Shown piece after piece: positions 50,292 through 59,880 of a stretch of 64,000 bases of DNA (its first letter is position 1; each line of letters starts with the position of its first letter). The translations under genes were made by a program, and so were the position numbers. This DNA comes from Longimicrobiales bacterium. GTDB lineage: Bacteria; Gemmatimonadota; Gemmatimonadetes; Longimicrobiales; Gaopeijiaceae. The DNA is taken from positions 3,520,001 through 3,584,000 of the forward strand of contig OZ250165.1 in assembly GCA_965238005.1 (NCBI GenBank), written 5' to 3'. The notes below the pieces were generated by a model. It saw nothing but the letters and a program-made list of their open reading frames with translations. It was not told the origin of the DNA and ran no database searches.

Positions 50292-52292
50292 TCAAGGCAA
50301 GCTCAGGGCATCGAGTCCGATCTCGTCGAAGATCTCCTGGAAACGGGGGTCCTCGCGGGCCTTACCCCACCCCCGCACAGACCTCTTCATAAAGAGCATG
50401 GATGGGTCTTTTTGATCCAGGGCATCTCGGAGGTGCCGGAACGTCTCGTCGAGCTCTCCGAGGCCGCCGTGCACCAAGGCCATCTCGAAGCTCTTTGGAG
50501 CGCCGTGCCCTTTCTGGTCCCACTGCCGAAGCGTCTCGAGACACTCCCGCGCTTCGTCCACCCGGCCGGCCAAGCCGCACGCGAACCCGAGGGCTCCGAT
50601 GCTCTTGTCACGCGCCGGGTCCATGGCACGCAAGGATTTGAACCTCTCGACGGCACCCTCGACGTCGCCTTTGTGGAACTGCAACCACCCCCTACCCTCG
50701 AGCCCCGCTTCGAAGCCGGGGTCGATCTCGAGCGTCTGCTCAAACTGTGCCTCTGCATCCTCGTAGCGGCCGGCCGCCGTATAGGCGTTGGCGAGGGCGT
50801 TGTTGTACGGCAGGGAAAGGGGGTCGAGCTCCACCGCCTCCTCCAGCTCCCCGATGGCCTCGTCGAGCCTGCCCAGTATCCGGAGCACGAGAGCGTGCTC
50901 GTGGTAGACCTGGGCGAAGCCGGTGTTGGCGGCCGCAGCCTTGTCGAAGACGGCCGCCGCACCCTTGAAGTCCCAGTCGATGAAGAGCAGGATGTCGGCC
51001 ATGGCCAGGTTGCCCTCGATCCCGTCCGGATCGAGCTCGAGCGACCTCTCCGCTGCTTCACGAGCCAGAACGATGCCGGCCTTCCGTTTCCAGCGCCCGA
51101 CCGCCACCAGGAACGTGTAGGCGTAGGCGAGTCCCCCGTAGGCCGCCGGGAACTCCGGATCGAGCCGGATGGCTTGCTCGAAGTACTCGACGGCCCGCCG
51201 CGCTCCCTGCGGTGTCCACTGGCCCAGGAAGAAGCGTCCGCGCAGGTAGAGGCTGTATGCCTGGGGATCCTTGGTGCGGAATGGCGCCAGAGCTTCCGCA
51301 TCGACGTCTCCGGGCAGTGACGCACGGAGCTTCTCCGTGATCTTCAGGGCGATCTCGTCCTGGGTCTCGAAGATGTCCTCGAGGACCCGGTCGTAGACGT
51401 CGGAGAAGACGTGGTATCCACTCTGCGTGTCCACGAGCTGGGCCGTGATCCGCACCCGGTCCCCGGACTTCCGCACGCTTCCCTCGAGGACGTGCACAAC
51501 GTTCAGCTTGGACCCCACCTTCCGGACGTCGACCTCCTTGCCCTTGAACGCGAAAGAGGACGTCCGAGCCGTGACCCGCAGTCCGGAAACGCGAGTCAGC
51601 GCGTTGATGATCTCCTCGGTGATACCGTCGCTGAAGAACTCGTTGTCCGGGTCGGTGCTCATGTTGACGAACGGCAGCACTGCGATGCTCTTCTGCTCGG
51701 GAGGCGCCCCGGCCGCCTTGGCGCTCTCGCCGGTGGGGAGGGGGCTCTGCTCGAGGACGGGCACTGGCCGGTCCTCGTCGGCCACGACGAAAATCTCCAC
51801 GGGCCTGGTCACGTTCTTCAGCTCGAAACGTCCGAGGGAGCGGACGAACATGCCTGGCTGATTCTTGAGGTCGTCGTAGACCCGTTCGGAGACGAGCACC
51901 TCACCGGGCGGACAGAGACCCTGGATGCGAGAGGCGACGTTGACACCGTCTCCGTAGACGCCCTGAGCCTCACGCACGATGTCACCAGTGTGGATGCCGA
52001 TCCGGAGTGGGACTCCCGGCTCGTCCGCCAGATTCCGCTGAATCTCGAGTGCGCAGGCCACGGCCTCGATGGCGCTGCCGAAGATGCTCAGGCTGCCGTC
52101 GCCATAGTGCTCGAGCAGATCGCCCCCGCGCCGCGGTACGGCCTCCTCCAACACCCTGCGATGCCGATCACGGTAAGAGCGCGCGGTCTCCTCGTCCCGC
52201 TGCATGAGGGCCGTGTAGCCCGCCACGTCGGTGAAGATGATGGCGGCTAGATGTCGTGTCTGCGTTCCGGTCATCGCTTGTGTCAGCCTCAC
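50292..52292 (-). CDS. class III adenylate/guanylate cyclase + TolB-like N domain + TPR repeats
   Basis: FTDVAGYT, GDG, RIGIH.GD, GDGVNVASR; SIAVLPF.N.S, LEGSVR; TPRs. Confidence 0.92.
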   Translation of the reverse strand: MRLTQAMTGTQTRHLAAIIFTDVAGYTALMQRDEETARSYRDRHRRVLEEAVPRRGGDLLEHYGDGSLSIFGSAIEAVACALEIQRNLADEPGVPLRIGIHTGDIVREAQGVYGDGVNVASRIQGLCPPGEVLVSERVYDDLKNQPGMFVRSLGRFELKNVTRPVEIFVVADEDRPVPVLEQSPLPTGESAKAAGAPPEQKSIAVLPFVNMSTDPDNEFFSDGITEEIINALTRVSGLRVTARTSSFAFKGKEVDVRKVGSKLNVVHVLEGSVRKSGDRVRITAQLVDTQSGYHVFSDVYDRVLEDIFETQDEIALKITEKLRASLPGDVDAEALAPFRTKDPQAYSLYLRGRFFLGQWTPQGARRAVEYFEQAIRLDPEFPAAYGGLAYAYTFLVAVGRWKRKAGIVLAREAAERSLELDPDGIEGNLAMADILLFIDWDFKGAAAVFDKAAAANTGFAQVYHEHALVLRILGRLDEAIGELEEAVELDPLSLPYNNALANAYTAAGRYEDAEAQFEQTLEIDPGFEAGLEGRGWLQFHKGDVEGAVERFKSLRAMDPARDKSIGALGFACGLAGRVDEARECLETLRQWDQKGHGAPKSFEMALVHGGLGELDETFRHLRDALDQKDPSMLFMKRSVRGWGKAREDPRFQEIFDEIGLDALSLP

Positions 52293-52506
52293 CTCGCGTC
52301 TGATCCCGCCTCAATCCTCGTCGGCGCGTGAAGTGTACTGTGGTCGGGGGTAGACCGGCCAGCAAGGAGGAATTGCTTGTAGGCAACGCGACTCGCTCCA
52401 ATCTTTAAACTAAGGGTGCGGAGGTCCGCGGTGCGGTATTCGCGATCCGTGTTGGGAGATAATCGAGGACCCACTCGACTGGCACGGCACCTGGACAGAA
52501 CGGAGC

Positions 52507-53544
52507 GTGACAGTGTGCATCTTCTCGCAACCGGTCGAGCTGGTCTCCGATACCCACATCTTCGCCCGGGTCGCAAACGGGACGCAGTTCCTCGCCTACG
52601 AGATGAAGCTCTCCACACCCATGGAGAACGCCATGATCCTCCCCGTGCCCATAGCCCACGGGGCGGAGGAGGACGCCCTCGAGTTCATCAGCCTGGAGAA
52701 CTATCCCGACTTCTTCGATGACCTCCACGCCTTGTTCCCGGCCGAGAAGCTCGTCTCCGCCAGCCTGGACCTCGCCCTAGCCGCCTCGGCGACGTTGGCC
52801 GTCCACCGTGTCGGCTCGTTCGAGGCATCGTTCGTCCCCAGCATCTCGGACTTCAGCCGTCTCGACCCGCGCTTCAATCTCAGCCCCGAGGCCTGGGAGG
52901 CCCTGCCTCAGGTCCACGACTATGGATTCGCCGTGTTCCAGCTCGTGGCCGGTGAGGCCAGGTACGTCCATCCCATGGCTTTCAGCTTCCCCGCCCGCTC
53001 ACCGGATCGGATCGTGTTCCCGACCATCCATGTGCACGATGGAGAGGTCCACTCACAGGCCGACTTCGACCACAGACTCTTCTGCCAGCACGACGAGTTA
53101 CGGGAGATCCCGAGGGGCCAGGCACTTCCGAGCCTTCAGGGCTGGGGGGAGTCGTACGACCTTCCCGAGTCCTCCGTGGACATCTCCCGGACGGGAGGCC
53201 TCGTCGCCGAGGGCGAACGCTGCTACCGCATGACCATGTGGGGGACCTACGACAACGAGGACGTCACGGTGGACCTCAGCGCCATCCGCGCCGACGTGGC
53301 CAGCTTCTGGGAGAAACGAACGCAGGAGGAGAAGGAGATCGACGAGAGCAACCAGGCGATGACCGGGCTGCTCCAGGCTCTGGCTGCGGACGGGCTCACC
53401 TGTCCCAAGTGCGGACTGCACTCCCAGGGCTACAAGTTCCGCAGTCCAGAGCGTCCCGCAAAGGCCTATCTGATCTGCCAATCCTGCGGCCGGTCGTCGC
53501 TTCCACGCGACTTCGGCGGTTCCGACGCCAGCGGTTCGGCCTGA
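52507..53544 (+). CDS. hypothetical protein (DUF2330-like N-terminus) with C-terminal Zn ribbon
   Basis: NAMILPVP, VGSFEASFVP, GFAVFQL, HPMA, FPT.H.HDG; CPKC...CQSC. Confidence 0.65.
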   Translation: MTVCIFSQPVELVSDTHIFARVANGTQFLAYEMKLSTPMENAMILPVPIAHGAEEDALEFISLENYPDFFDDLHALFPAEKLVSASLDLALAASATLAVHRVGSFEASFVPSISDFSRLDPRFNLSPEAWEALPQVHDYGFAVFQLVAGEARYVHPMAFSFPARSPDRIVFPTIHVHDGEVHSQADFDHRLFCQHDELREIPRGQALPSLQGWGESYDLPESSVDISRTGGLVAEGERCYRMTMWGTYDNEDVTVDLSAIRADVASFWEKRTQEEKEIDESNQAMTGLLQALAADGLTCPKCGLHSQGYKFRSPERPAKAYLICQSCGRSSLPRDFGGSDASGSA

Positions 53545-53733
53545 GGTAGGCGGTGGAGGATCGGTGGGTTAGAGAAGCCTCAAGCCCGACAGAAGCCTCA
53601 AGCTCGGAGCAGGAACTACATCACCGTAGCGCCCCAAAATGCGTCGGGCCCCATTTGGGACTTCATGGCCTCGGCGAGCTCCGGCTGACCCCGCCGCCAG
53701 GTGATCCCAGCACGAAGGTTATTCCACCAGCCC

Positions 53734-53762
53734 TTGACTCTTCTCGGTTGATTCGGTTTACT
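53734..53762 (+). promoter_or_regulatory. putative sigma70 promoter of the his leader
   Basis: TTGACT-N17-TTTACT, 9 bp before the leader ATG. Confidence 0.5.
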
Positions 53763-53771
53763 CAGAGCGTC

Positions 53772-53843
53772 ATGAAAACCTCGACTCGACATCATCGGCA
53801 TCATCATCCGCTCACGGGCGGTTGGCTGGAGATGTGCACCTGA
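53772..53843 (+). CDS. hisL: his operon leader peptide MKTSTRHHRHHHPLTGGWLEMCT
   Basis: five CAT His codons within six codons, directly upstream of a terminator and hisG. Confidence 0.85.
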   Translation: MKTSTRHHRHHHPLTGGWLEMCT

Positions 53844-53875
53844 GTTGAGGATCACCTGACGATCTGAGCGCATCT

Positions 53876-53907
53876 GACGCCGGCCCTCCGAGGTCGGCGT
53901 TTTTTTG
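53876..53907 (+). terminator. attenuator terminator
   Basis: GACGCCGGCC...GGTCGGCGTT stem followed by a T7 run, about 45 bp before hisG. Confidence 0.85.
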
Positions 53908-53950
53908 TTCGCCCACCTCGGAGCTCCGGCACCGTCCAACGGAGCTCCAC

Positions 53951-54832
53951 ATGAGCCAAGACAACAGCGACAACGGCGACAGGCTCCGCCTCGGCCTCCC
54001 CAAGGGTCGCATGCAGGAAGCGGTCATGACGCTGCTGGCTGACGCCGGCATCAGAGTGACACCGAGCGCACGCGGGTACCGGCCCACGGTCTCGCTGCGT
54101 GCGTGCGAGGCAAAGATCCTCAAGCCGCAAAACATCGTCGAGATGATCGAGCTCGGCAGTCGTGACGTCGGATTCGCCGGCGCCGACTGGGTCGAGGAAA
54201 TGCGGGCCGACGTGGTCGAGCTCCTCGACACCGAGCTGGATCCCGTCCAGGTGGTTGCGGCGGCACCGAGGGTGCTCCTCGACTCCAACGAGCTCCCGGC
54301 TCGGCGCCTCGTGATCGCGTCGGAGTACGAACGACTCACCCAAGAATGGATTACGAGCCGCGGTGTCGACGCGGAGTTCGTCCGCTCGTACGGGGCCACC
54401 GAGGTGTTCCCGCCCGAGGACGCCGACGTCATCGTCGACAACACGGCCACCGGAAGTACCTTACGTGCCAACGATCTCGTCGTCGTGGACACCCTGCTCT
54501 CCTCGTCCACCCGCCTCTACGCAAGCCCTACGGCCATGGCCGATCCGGCGAAGAAAGGCCGTATCGAGGATCTCCGGCTGCTCCTGCAGAGCGTCCTCGA
54601 TGCGAGAATGCGAGTCATGATCGAGGTGAACGCCCCGGCGGACCGCCTCGACGCCGTGGTCTCGCTCCTTCCCTGCATGCGGGAAGCCACCGTGGCTCCG
54701 CTCTTCGGTAACAGTGGCTACGCGGTGAAGGCGGCGGTCCCGAAGGACCGGCTGCCCGAGATCATCCCTGCCGTGAAGGCGGCCGGCGGGTCCGACGTGG
54801 TCGTCACCTCGCTGTCCCAGATCGTCCCATGA
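53951..54832 (+). CDS. hisG: ATP phosphoribosyltransferase, long form
   Basis: LPKGR, D.G..G.D...E, ASEY, GATE..P, D.IVD...TG.TL..N.L; C-terminal regulatory domain. Confidence 0.95.
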   Translation: MSQDNSDNGDRLRLGLPKGRMQEAVMTLLADAGIRVTPSARGYRPTVSLRACEAKILKPQNIVEMIELGSRDVGFAGADWVEEMRADVVELLDTELDPVQVVAAAPRVLLDSNELPARRLVIASEYERLTQEWITSRGVDAEFVRSYGATEVFPPEDADVIVDNTATGSTLRANDLVVVDTLLSSSTRLYASPTAMADPAKKGRIEDLRLLLQSVLDARMRVMIEVNAPADRLDAVVSLLPCMREATVAPLFGNSGYAVKAAVPKDRLPEIIPAVKAAGGSDVVVTSLSQIVP

Positions 54833-56547
54833 GCGGCCGGCCCTCACTTCCGTCGACCTGGATTCCCAAGGATCCGTATCGGGGCCCCGGGCCTCGTGAC
54901 CCCGGCGTTATCAAGCTGGACGGCAACGAAGGAGCTGCGCCGTCTCCGAGCGTCCTGGCAGGGCTGGCCCAGGAGGACGTATCCGTTTTGCGGGATTACC
55001 CCGACCCACGGGGGCTCGAAGCAGATATCGCCGCTTGGCTCGGTGTGGATCCGGGACGTGTGGTGGTCACGGCCGGCGCAGACGACGCTCTCGACCGAGT
55101 CTGCCGCGCGTACCTGAGGCCCGGACGACGCATAGTCCTTCCTGTCCCGGCCTTCGAGATGATGTACCGCTTCGCCCAAGCCGCCGGAGGCGAAACGAAG
55201 ACGGTGCCGTGGGAGGGCGACTTCCCCACGGACGCGGTCATCGCGGCCCTGGACGACGGCGTCTCCGTCGTCGCAGTGATCTCACCCAACAACCCCACGG
55301 GCCGCGTGGCGACGGCAGACGACCTGAAGCGAGTGGCCGACGCCGCCTCCGGGGCCATCGTTCTCTTGGACCACGTCTACGTCGACTACGCCGATGAGGA
55401 TCTCACGGAGTTGGCCACAGGGTTCGGCAACGTGGTTACGGTTCGCACGTTTTCGAAGGCCTGGGGCCTGGCGGGATGCCGGGTGGGGTACGCCATCGCC
55501 TCAGAAGAGGTCGCCAACGTGCTCCGGAACGCGGGCACCCCTTTCCCCGTGGCCGGGCTCTCGATCGCCGCCGTGCGGGCGCAGCTCCAAGGAGGCCGAA
55601 CGCTGCTGGATGAGCACGTGAGTCGGATCCGTGGGGAGCGAGACGCGCTCGTGGACACCCTCGCCCGCCTCGGCGCCTCGCCTGCCCCGTCTCAGGCGAA
55701 CTTCGTCTTCGCCGACTTCGGCGAGCGCTCCGATCTCGTCTACGACGGGCTGGCGTCGCTGGGGATACGCGTCCGGCGCTTTCCGCATCGGCCCGAGATC
55801 AGAACCGGGATACGCATGACGGTACCGCAGGGCGTAGAGGAGATGGAGAGGCTTCGAGCCGGCCTGGACACGGTCCTGGCTCCCGAGGCGTTGCTCTTCG
55901 ACCTGGACGGGGTGCTGGCCGACGTCGAGGACTCGTATCGACGCTGCGTCCTGGAGACGGCCGGAAGCTTCGGGGTCCCGATCACCCGGGCGGACCTGGA
56001 GACGGCCGTGCTGGCGGGCGACGCGAACAACGATTGGGTGCTGACCCAGCGCATTCTGGAGGCTCGGGGCGTCGAGGTTCCCCTGGACGAGGTGACCGAG
56101 CGCTTTCAGGCGATCTACCTGGGCACGCCGCAGAAGCCTGGGCTCCGTGAGTCCGAGCGACTTCTCGTCGGTCGAGACGTGCTGGCGCGGCTGACGGCCC
56201 GCCTACCCCTGGGCATCGTCACCGGCCGCCCGAGGGACGAGGCCGTCTGGTTCCTGGAGAAGACCGGGATATCGGACCTCTTCGGAGCGGTCGCGTGCCT
56301 GGAGGATGCTCCCCTCAAGCCCGATCCTGAACCCGTGCGCGTTGCCCTCGCACGGTTGGGCGTCGAGCGAGCGTGGATGGTGGGTGACACGCCTGATGAC
56401 CTCCGGGCCGCCAAGGCCGCAGGAGTCCTTCCGGTGGGGATCGTGGCTCCCGAGGACGACCCCACCAACGCCGTTTCGGCCCTCCGCGACGCCGGAGCGG
56501 CCACCGTACTGGACGACGTCACCAATCTCGAGGAGCTACTCCCATGA
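54829..56547 (+). CDS. hisC: histidinol-phosphate aminotransferase fused to a HAD phosphatase
   Basis: LDGNE, YPD, SPNNPTG, RTFSKAWGLAG.RVGY, SQANF; then FDLDGVL, VTGRP, KPDP, VGDTPDD. Confidence 0.92.
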   Translation: MSGRPSLPSTWIPKDPYRGPGPRDPGVIKLDGNEGAAPSPSVLAGLAQEDVSVLRDYPDPRGLEADIAAWLGVDPGRVVVTAGADDALDRVCRAYLRPGRRIVLPVPAFEMMYRFAQAAGGETKTVPWEGDFPTDAVIAALDDGVSVVAVISPNNPTGRVATADDLKRVADAASGAIVLLDHVYVDYADEDLTELATGFGNVVTVRTFSKAWGLAGCRVGYAIASEEVANVLRNAGTPFPVAGLSIAAVRAQLQGGRTLLDEHVSRIRGERDALVDTLARLGASPAPSQANFVFADFGERSDLVYDGLASLGIRVRRFPHRPEIRTGIRMTVPQGVEEMERLRAGLDTVLAPEALLFDLDGVLADVEDSYRRCVLETAGSFGVPITRADLETAVLAGDANNDWVLTQRILEARGVEVPLDEVTERFQAIYLGTPQKPGLRESERLLVGRDVLARLTARLPLGIVTGRPRDEAVWFLEKTGISDLFGAVACLEDAPLKPDPEPVRVALARLGVERAWMVGDTPDDLRAAKAAGVLPVGIVAPEDDPTNAVSALRDAGAATVLDDVTNLEELLP

Positions 56548-57146
56548 CCCCGCGACAGGCCGTAATCGACCGCCGCACCAAAGAGACCGAGATCAGCGTT
56601 CGGCTGAATCTGGACGGAACCGGAGCCGCCGAGGTCGCCACGGGCATCGGGTTCCTGGATCACCTCCTGGACGCACTGGCGAAGCACGCCCGCTTCGACC
56701 TCGAGCTGAGCTGCAAGGGGGATCTCCTCATCGACGATCACCACACGGCGGAGGACTGTGGACTCACGCTCGGCACGGCGCTGCAGCAGGCTCTCGGCCC
56801 GCGAGTGGGCATCCGTCGCTTCGGCTACGCCTACGCCCCGCTGGACGAGGCCCTGGCACGGGCGGTGGTGGACATCTCGGGACGCCCGTTCGCGGACGTG
56901 AACCTGGGCCTTACCCGGGAGCGGCTGGGTGAGTTCTCGTGCGAGAACATCCCTCATGTCCTCAGCTCCCTTGCGTCCACGGCGGGTCTGACTCTCCACG
57001 TCGACGTGCTCAAGGGCGAGAACGACCACCACCGGGCGGAGGCGGCCTTCAAGGCGGTGGCGTTAGCCCTCCGGGCAGCCGTGGAAGCTTCGGGCTTCGA
57101 CGATGTGCCCTCCACCAAGGGGAGCCTGGGAGGCGTGGAGCCGTGA
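56544..57146 (+). CDS. hisB: imidazoleglycerol-phosphate dehydratase
   Basis: [41 protein letters not shown]. Confidence 0.96.
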   Translation: MTPRQAVIDRRTKETEISVRLNLDGTGAAEVATGIGFLDHLLDALAKHARFDLELSCKGDLLIDDHHTAEDCGLTLGTALQQALGPRVGIRRFGYAYAPLDEALARAVVDISGRPFADVNLGLTRERLGEFSCENIPHVLSSLASTAGLTLHVDVLKGENDHHRAEAAFKAVALALRAAVEASGFDDVPSTKGSLGGVEP

Positions 57147-58546
57147 GCCGGGTCGCCATCGTCGACTCCGGGGTCGCCAACCTCGCGTCGGTGAGGAGCG
57201 CCCTCGCCGCCGTGGGGGCGGACGGCGTCGTGACCCGGGAGCCCGACATCGTGCGCGAGGCGAGCCACGTCGTGCTGCCCGGCGTGGGCCGGTTCGAGGC
57301 CGGAATCGAGAGCCTGCGCGCGGACGCGCTGGATCGGGCGCTTCTGGACGTCCAGGAGGCAGGCACCCCCCTCCTCGCCATCTGCCTGGGAATGCAGATG
57401 CTGGGAGAGGGCAGCGACGAGAGCCCCGGCGTAGCCGGCTTGGGCATCTTTCCGGGGCGATTCGTCCGCCTGCCCTCCTCGGTGCGGGTCCCCCATCTGG
57501 GCTGGAACCGCGTCGAGGCGGACCCTTCGTCAATCCTGCCACCCGGCATGGCGGCCTTCGCGAACTCGTACTGCCTCACCGACGCCCCGGAGGGGTGGAG
57601 CGCGGCCTGGACGACGCACGGGGTGCGCTTCGTATCGGCCCTCACCAGAGGCCGGATCCTGGCCTGCCAGTTCCACCCGGAGCTGTCGGGTGACTTCGGC
57701 ATGGGGCTCCTTCTGGCGTGGCTCTCGGGGGAGTCGCCGGGCCGCGAGGTCCAGGAGGCAGCCACCCCAGGTACGGCACGGCCGACTCTCAACCAAGTGG
57801 CACGCCGCATCGTCCCTTGTCTCGACGTGAAGGACGGCCGTGTGGTGAAGGGCGTGCGCTTCCAGAACCTCCGCGACTCCGGGGACCCGGCCGAACAGGC
57901 CGGCCTCTACGAGCAACAGGGAGCCGACGAGATCGTCGTCCTCGACGTGGCGGCCTCACCCGAAGCGCAGGGGACCCAGCTCGACACGGTCCGTTCCGTG
58001 CGAGCGTGCCTCCACATCCCGCTTACCGTCGGCGGAGGGGTTCGCACGGTCGACGACGCGCGCAAGCTCCTGTCGGCCGGTGCCGACAAGGTGAGCGTCA
58101 ACACTGCCGCTGTCCGGGACCCGTCCCTCATCGAGCGGCTGGCCCAGGCGTTCGGGTCGCAATGCATCGTCCTGGCCATCGACGCTCGCCGGGACGGGGA
58201 CAGCTGGGACACGCTCGTGATGGGCGGTCGCGAGCCCACCGGGATGGACGCCATCGAGTGGGCCCGGGAGGGGACCCGCCTCGGCGCAGGCGAGATCCTG
58301 CTGACGAGCTGGGATCGGGACGGGACCAGGAGCGGCTGCGACCTCGAGCTGCTCCGGACCATGCACGATGCCGTGACCGTGCCAGTAATCGCGTCGGGCG
58401 GCATCGGCACGAGGAGCGACGTGGCAGCCGCCTTCCACTCCGGAGCGGACGCCGTCCTCGCGGCGTCCGTCTTCCACGACGGTGACCTCACCGTGGCGAG
58501 TATCAAGGAGTTCCTGAGCAGAGAAGGGGTGGTGGTACGGACATGA
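57143..58546 (+). CDS. hisF: fused HisH-HisF imidazole glycerol phosphate synthase
   Basis: LPGVG, ICLGMQ, PHLGWN, QFHPE; in-frame linker; [34 protein letters not shown]. Confidence 0.93.
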   Translation: MSRVAIVDSGVANLASVRSALAAVGADGVVTREPDIVREASHVVLPGVGRFEAGIESLRADALDRALLDVQEAGTPLLAICLGMQMLGEGSDESPGVAGLGIFPGRFVRLPSSVRVPHLGWNRVEADPSSILPPGMAAFANSYCLTDAPEGWSAAWTTHGVRFVSALTRGRILACQFHPELSGDFGMGLLLAWLSGESPGREVQEAATPGTARPTLNQVARRIVPCLDVKDGRVVKGVRFQNLRDSGDPAEQAGLYEQQGADEIVVLDVAASPEAQGTQLDTVRSVRACLHIPLTVGGGVRTVDDARKLLSAGADKVSVNTAAVRDPSLIERLAQAFGSQCIVLAIDARRDGDSWDTLVMGGREPTGMDAIEWAREGTRLGAGEILLTSWDRDGTRSGCDLELLRTMHDAVTVPVIASGGIGTRSDVAAAFHSGADAVLAASVFHDGDLTVASIKEFLSREGVVVRT

Positions 58547-59880
58547 TCATTCCGAGTATCGACCTCATGGACGGACGGGCGGTCCAACTCCGCCGCGGGC
58601 GGGAGCTCGTCTTGGAGGGAGGCGACCCCTTCGAGCGTCTCGAGGAGTTCACGGTCGCCGGTGAGGTGGCTGTCGTGGACCTCGACGCGGCGCTTGGCAA
58701 GGGATCCAACGCCGGCGTGATGCGGGAGATGGTGCGGCGCGCACCCTGCCGGGTCGGTGGCGGCATCCGCGATCTCCAGACGGCCCTCGATTGGCTGGAC
58801 GCCGGAGCCACTCGTGTCGTCATCGGCACGGCGGCGTCCGTGGACTTCTGCTCGCAGCTTCCCCGGGAGCGCGTGGTGGCGGCTGTGGACGCGGAGGAGG
58901 GCACGGTGGTAGTGGAGGGATGGAGGACCGAGACGACGTTCCAGGTCATCGATCGCATGAGGGAGCTCGCCCCGGTCGTGGGCGGGTTTCTCCTCACGCA
59001 GGTGGAGCACGAAGGAGGGATGTCCGGCTTCAGCATGGAGCTCGTGGAGGAAGCAGTGGAGGCAGCGGGAGACGCCCGCGTGACCGCGGCGGGCGGCATC
59101 ACCACCGCGGAAGAGGTGGCAGCTCTCGACCGACTGGGCGTCGAGGCTCAGGTGGGGATGGCGCTGTACTCGGGCCACCTGACCCTCGGCGCCGCCGTGG
59201 CCGCCCCTCTGACCACGGGCATCGAGAGCCGACTCTGGCCCACCGTCGTGTGCGAGGAGTCCGGCGCAGCCCTAGGTCTGGTGTGGAGCACGCGAGAGAG
59301 CCTGGAAGCCGCAGTGTCACGGAGGCGGGGCATCTATTGGTCCCGCTCCCGCGGCGAGCTCTGGATCAAGGGCGAGACGTCAGGGGCCACCCAGGAGCTC
59401 CTTCGGGTGGACCTGGACTGCGACCGGGACGCCCTGCGCTTCACGGTCCGCCAACACGGCTCCGGATTCTGTCACACCGGAGAGTGGGCGTGTTGGCCGA
59501 CGGCGTTCACACTGTCCACCCTCGGAAGGGTGATAGAGGGGCGTCGGGGGGAGATCGGCTTCGGCGAGGGACCACTGGTGACAGGCGGCGGCTCCGTGGG
59601 TGGTGGGGAGTCGTCGGACAGGCGCGGCTCGGGTACGGCGCGCGTGTTGGCCGACCCCGAGCTGCTAAGGGCCAAGCTCCTCGAGGAGGCGGCGGAGCTG
59701 GCCGATGCCACGGACACCTCGAGCGCCACCCATGAGGCCGCCGACCTCATCTACTTCGCTCTCGTCGGTGCGGCCCGCCACGGCGTGGGCATGGAGGACG
59801 TACGCCGTGAGCTTGAGCGCCGGCATCGACGGGTCCGACGCCGTCCCATGGCGGCCAAGCCGGAAGGAGGAACGTCATGA
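58543..59880 (+). CDS. hisIE: fused HisA-HisI-HisE
   Basis: IIPSIDL, VDLDAA, VGGGIR; SRSR.ELW.KGETSG, DCDRD, FCH..C; K..EEA.E, EAADL.Y. Confidence 0.92.
   Translation: MIIPSIDLMDGRAVQLRRGRELVLEGGDPFERLEEFTVAGEVAVVDLDAALGKGSNAGVMREMVRRAPCRVGGGIRDLQTALDWLDAGATRVVIGTAASVDFCSQLPRERVVAAVDAEEGTVVVEGWRTETTFQVIDRMRELAPVVGGFLLTQVEHEGGMSGFSMELVEEAVEAAGDARVTAAGGITTAEEVAALDRLGVEAQVGMALYSGHLTLGAAVAAPLTTGIESRLWPTVVCEESGAALGLVWSTRESLEAAVSRRRGIYWSRSRGELWIKGETSGATQELLRVDLDCDRDALRFTVRQHGSGFCHTGEWACWPTAFTLSTLGRVIEGRRGEIGFGEGPLVTGGGSVGGGESSDRRGSGTARVLADPELLRAKLLEEAAELADATDTSSATHEAADLIYFALVGAARHGVGMEDVRRELERRHRRVRRRPMAAKPEGGTS

Noticed and set aside
52480..52495. TGGCACGGCACCTGGA as a sigma54 promoter
   Set aside because: The -12 GC is absent and the site is too close to the start codon
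53573..53603. AGAAGCCTCAAGC tandem duplication
   Set aside because: Only two copies in degraded intergenic DNA; no supportable function
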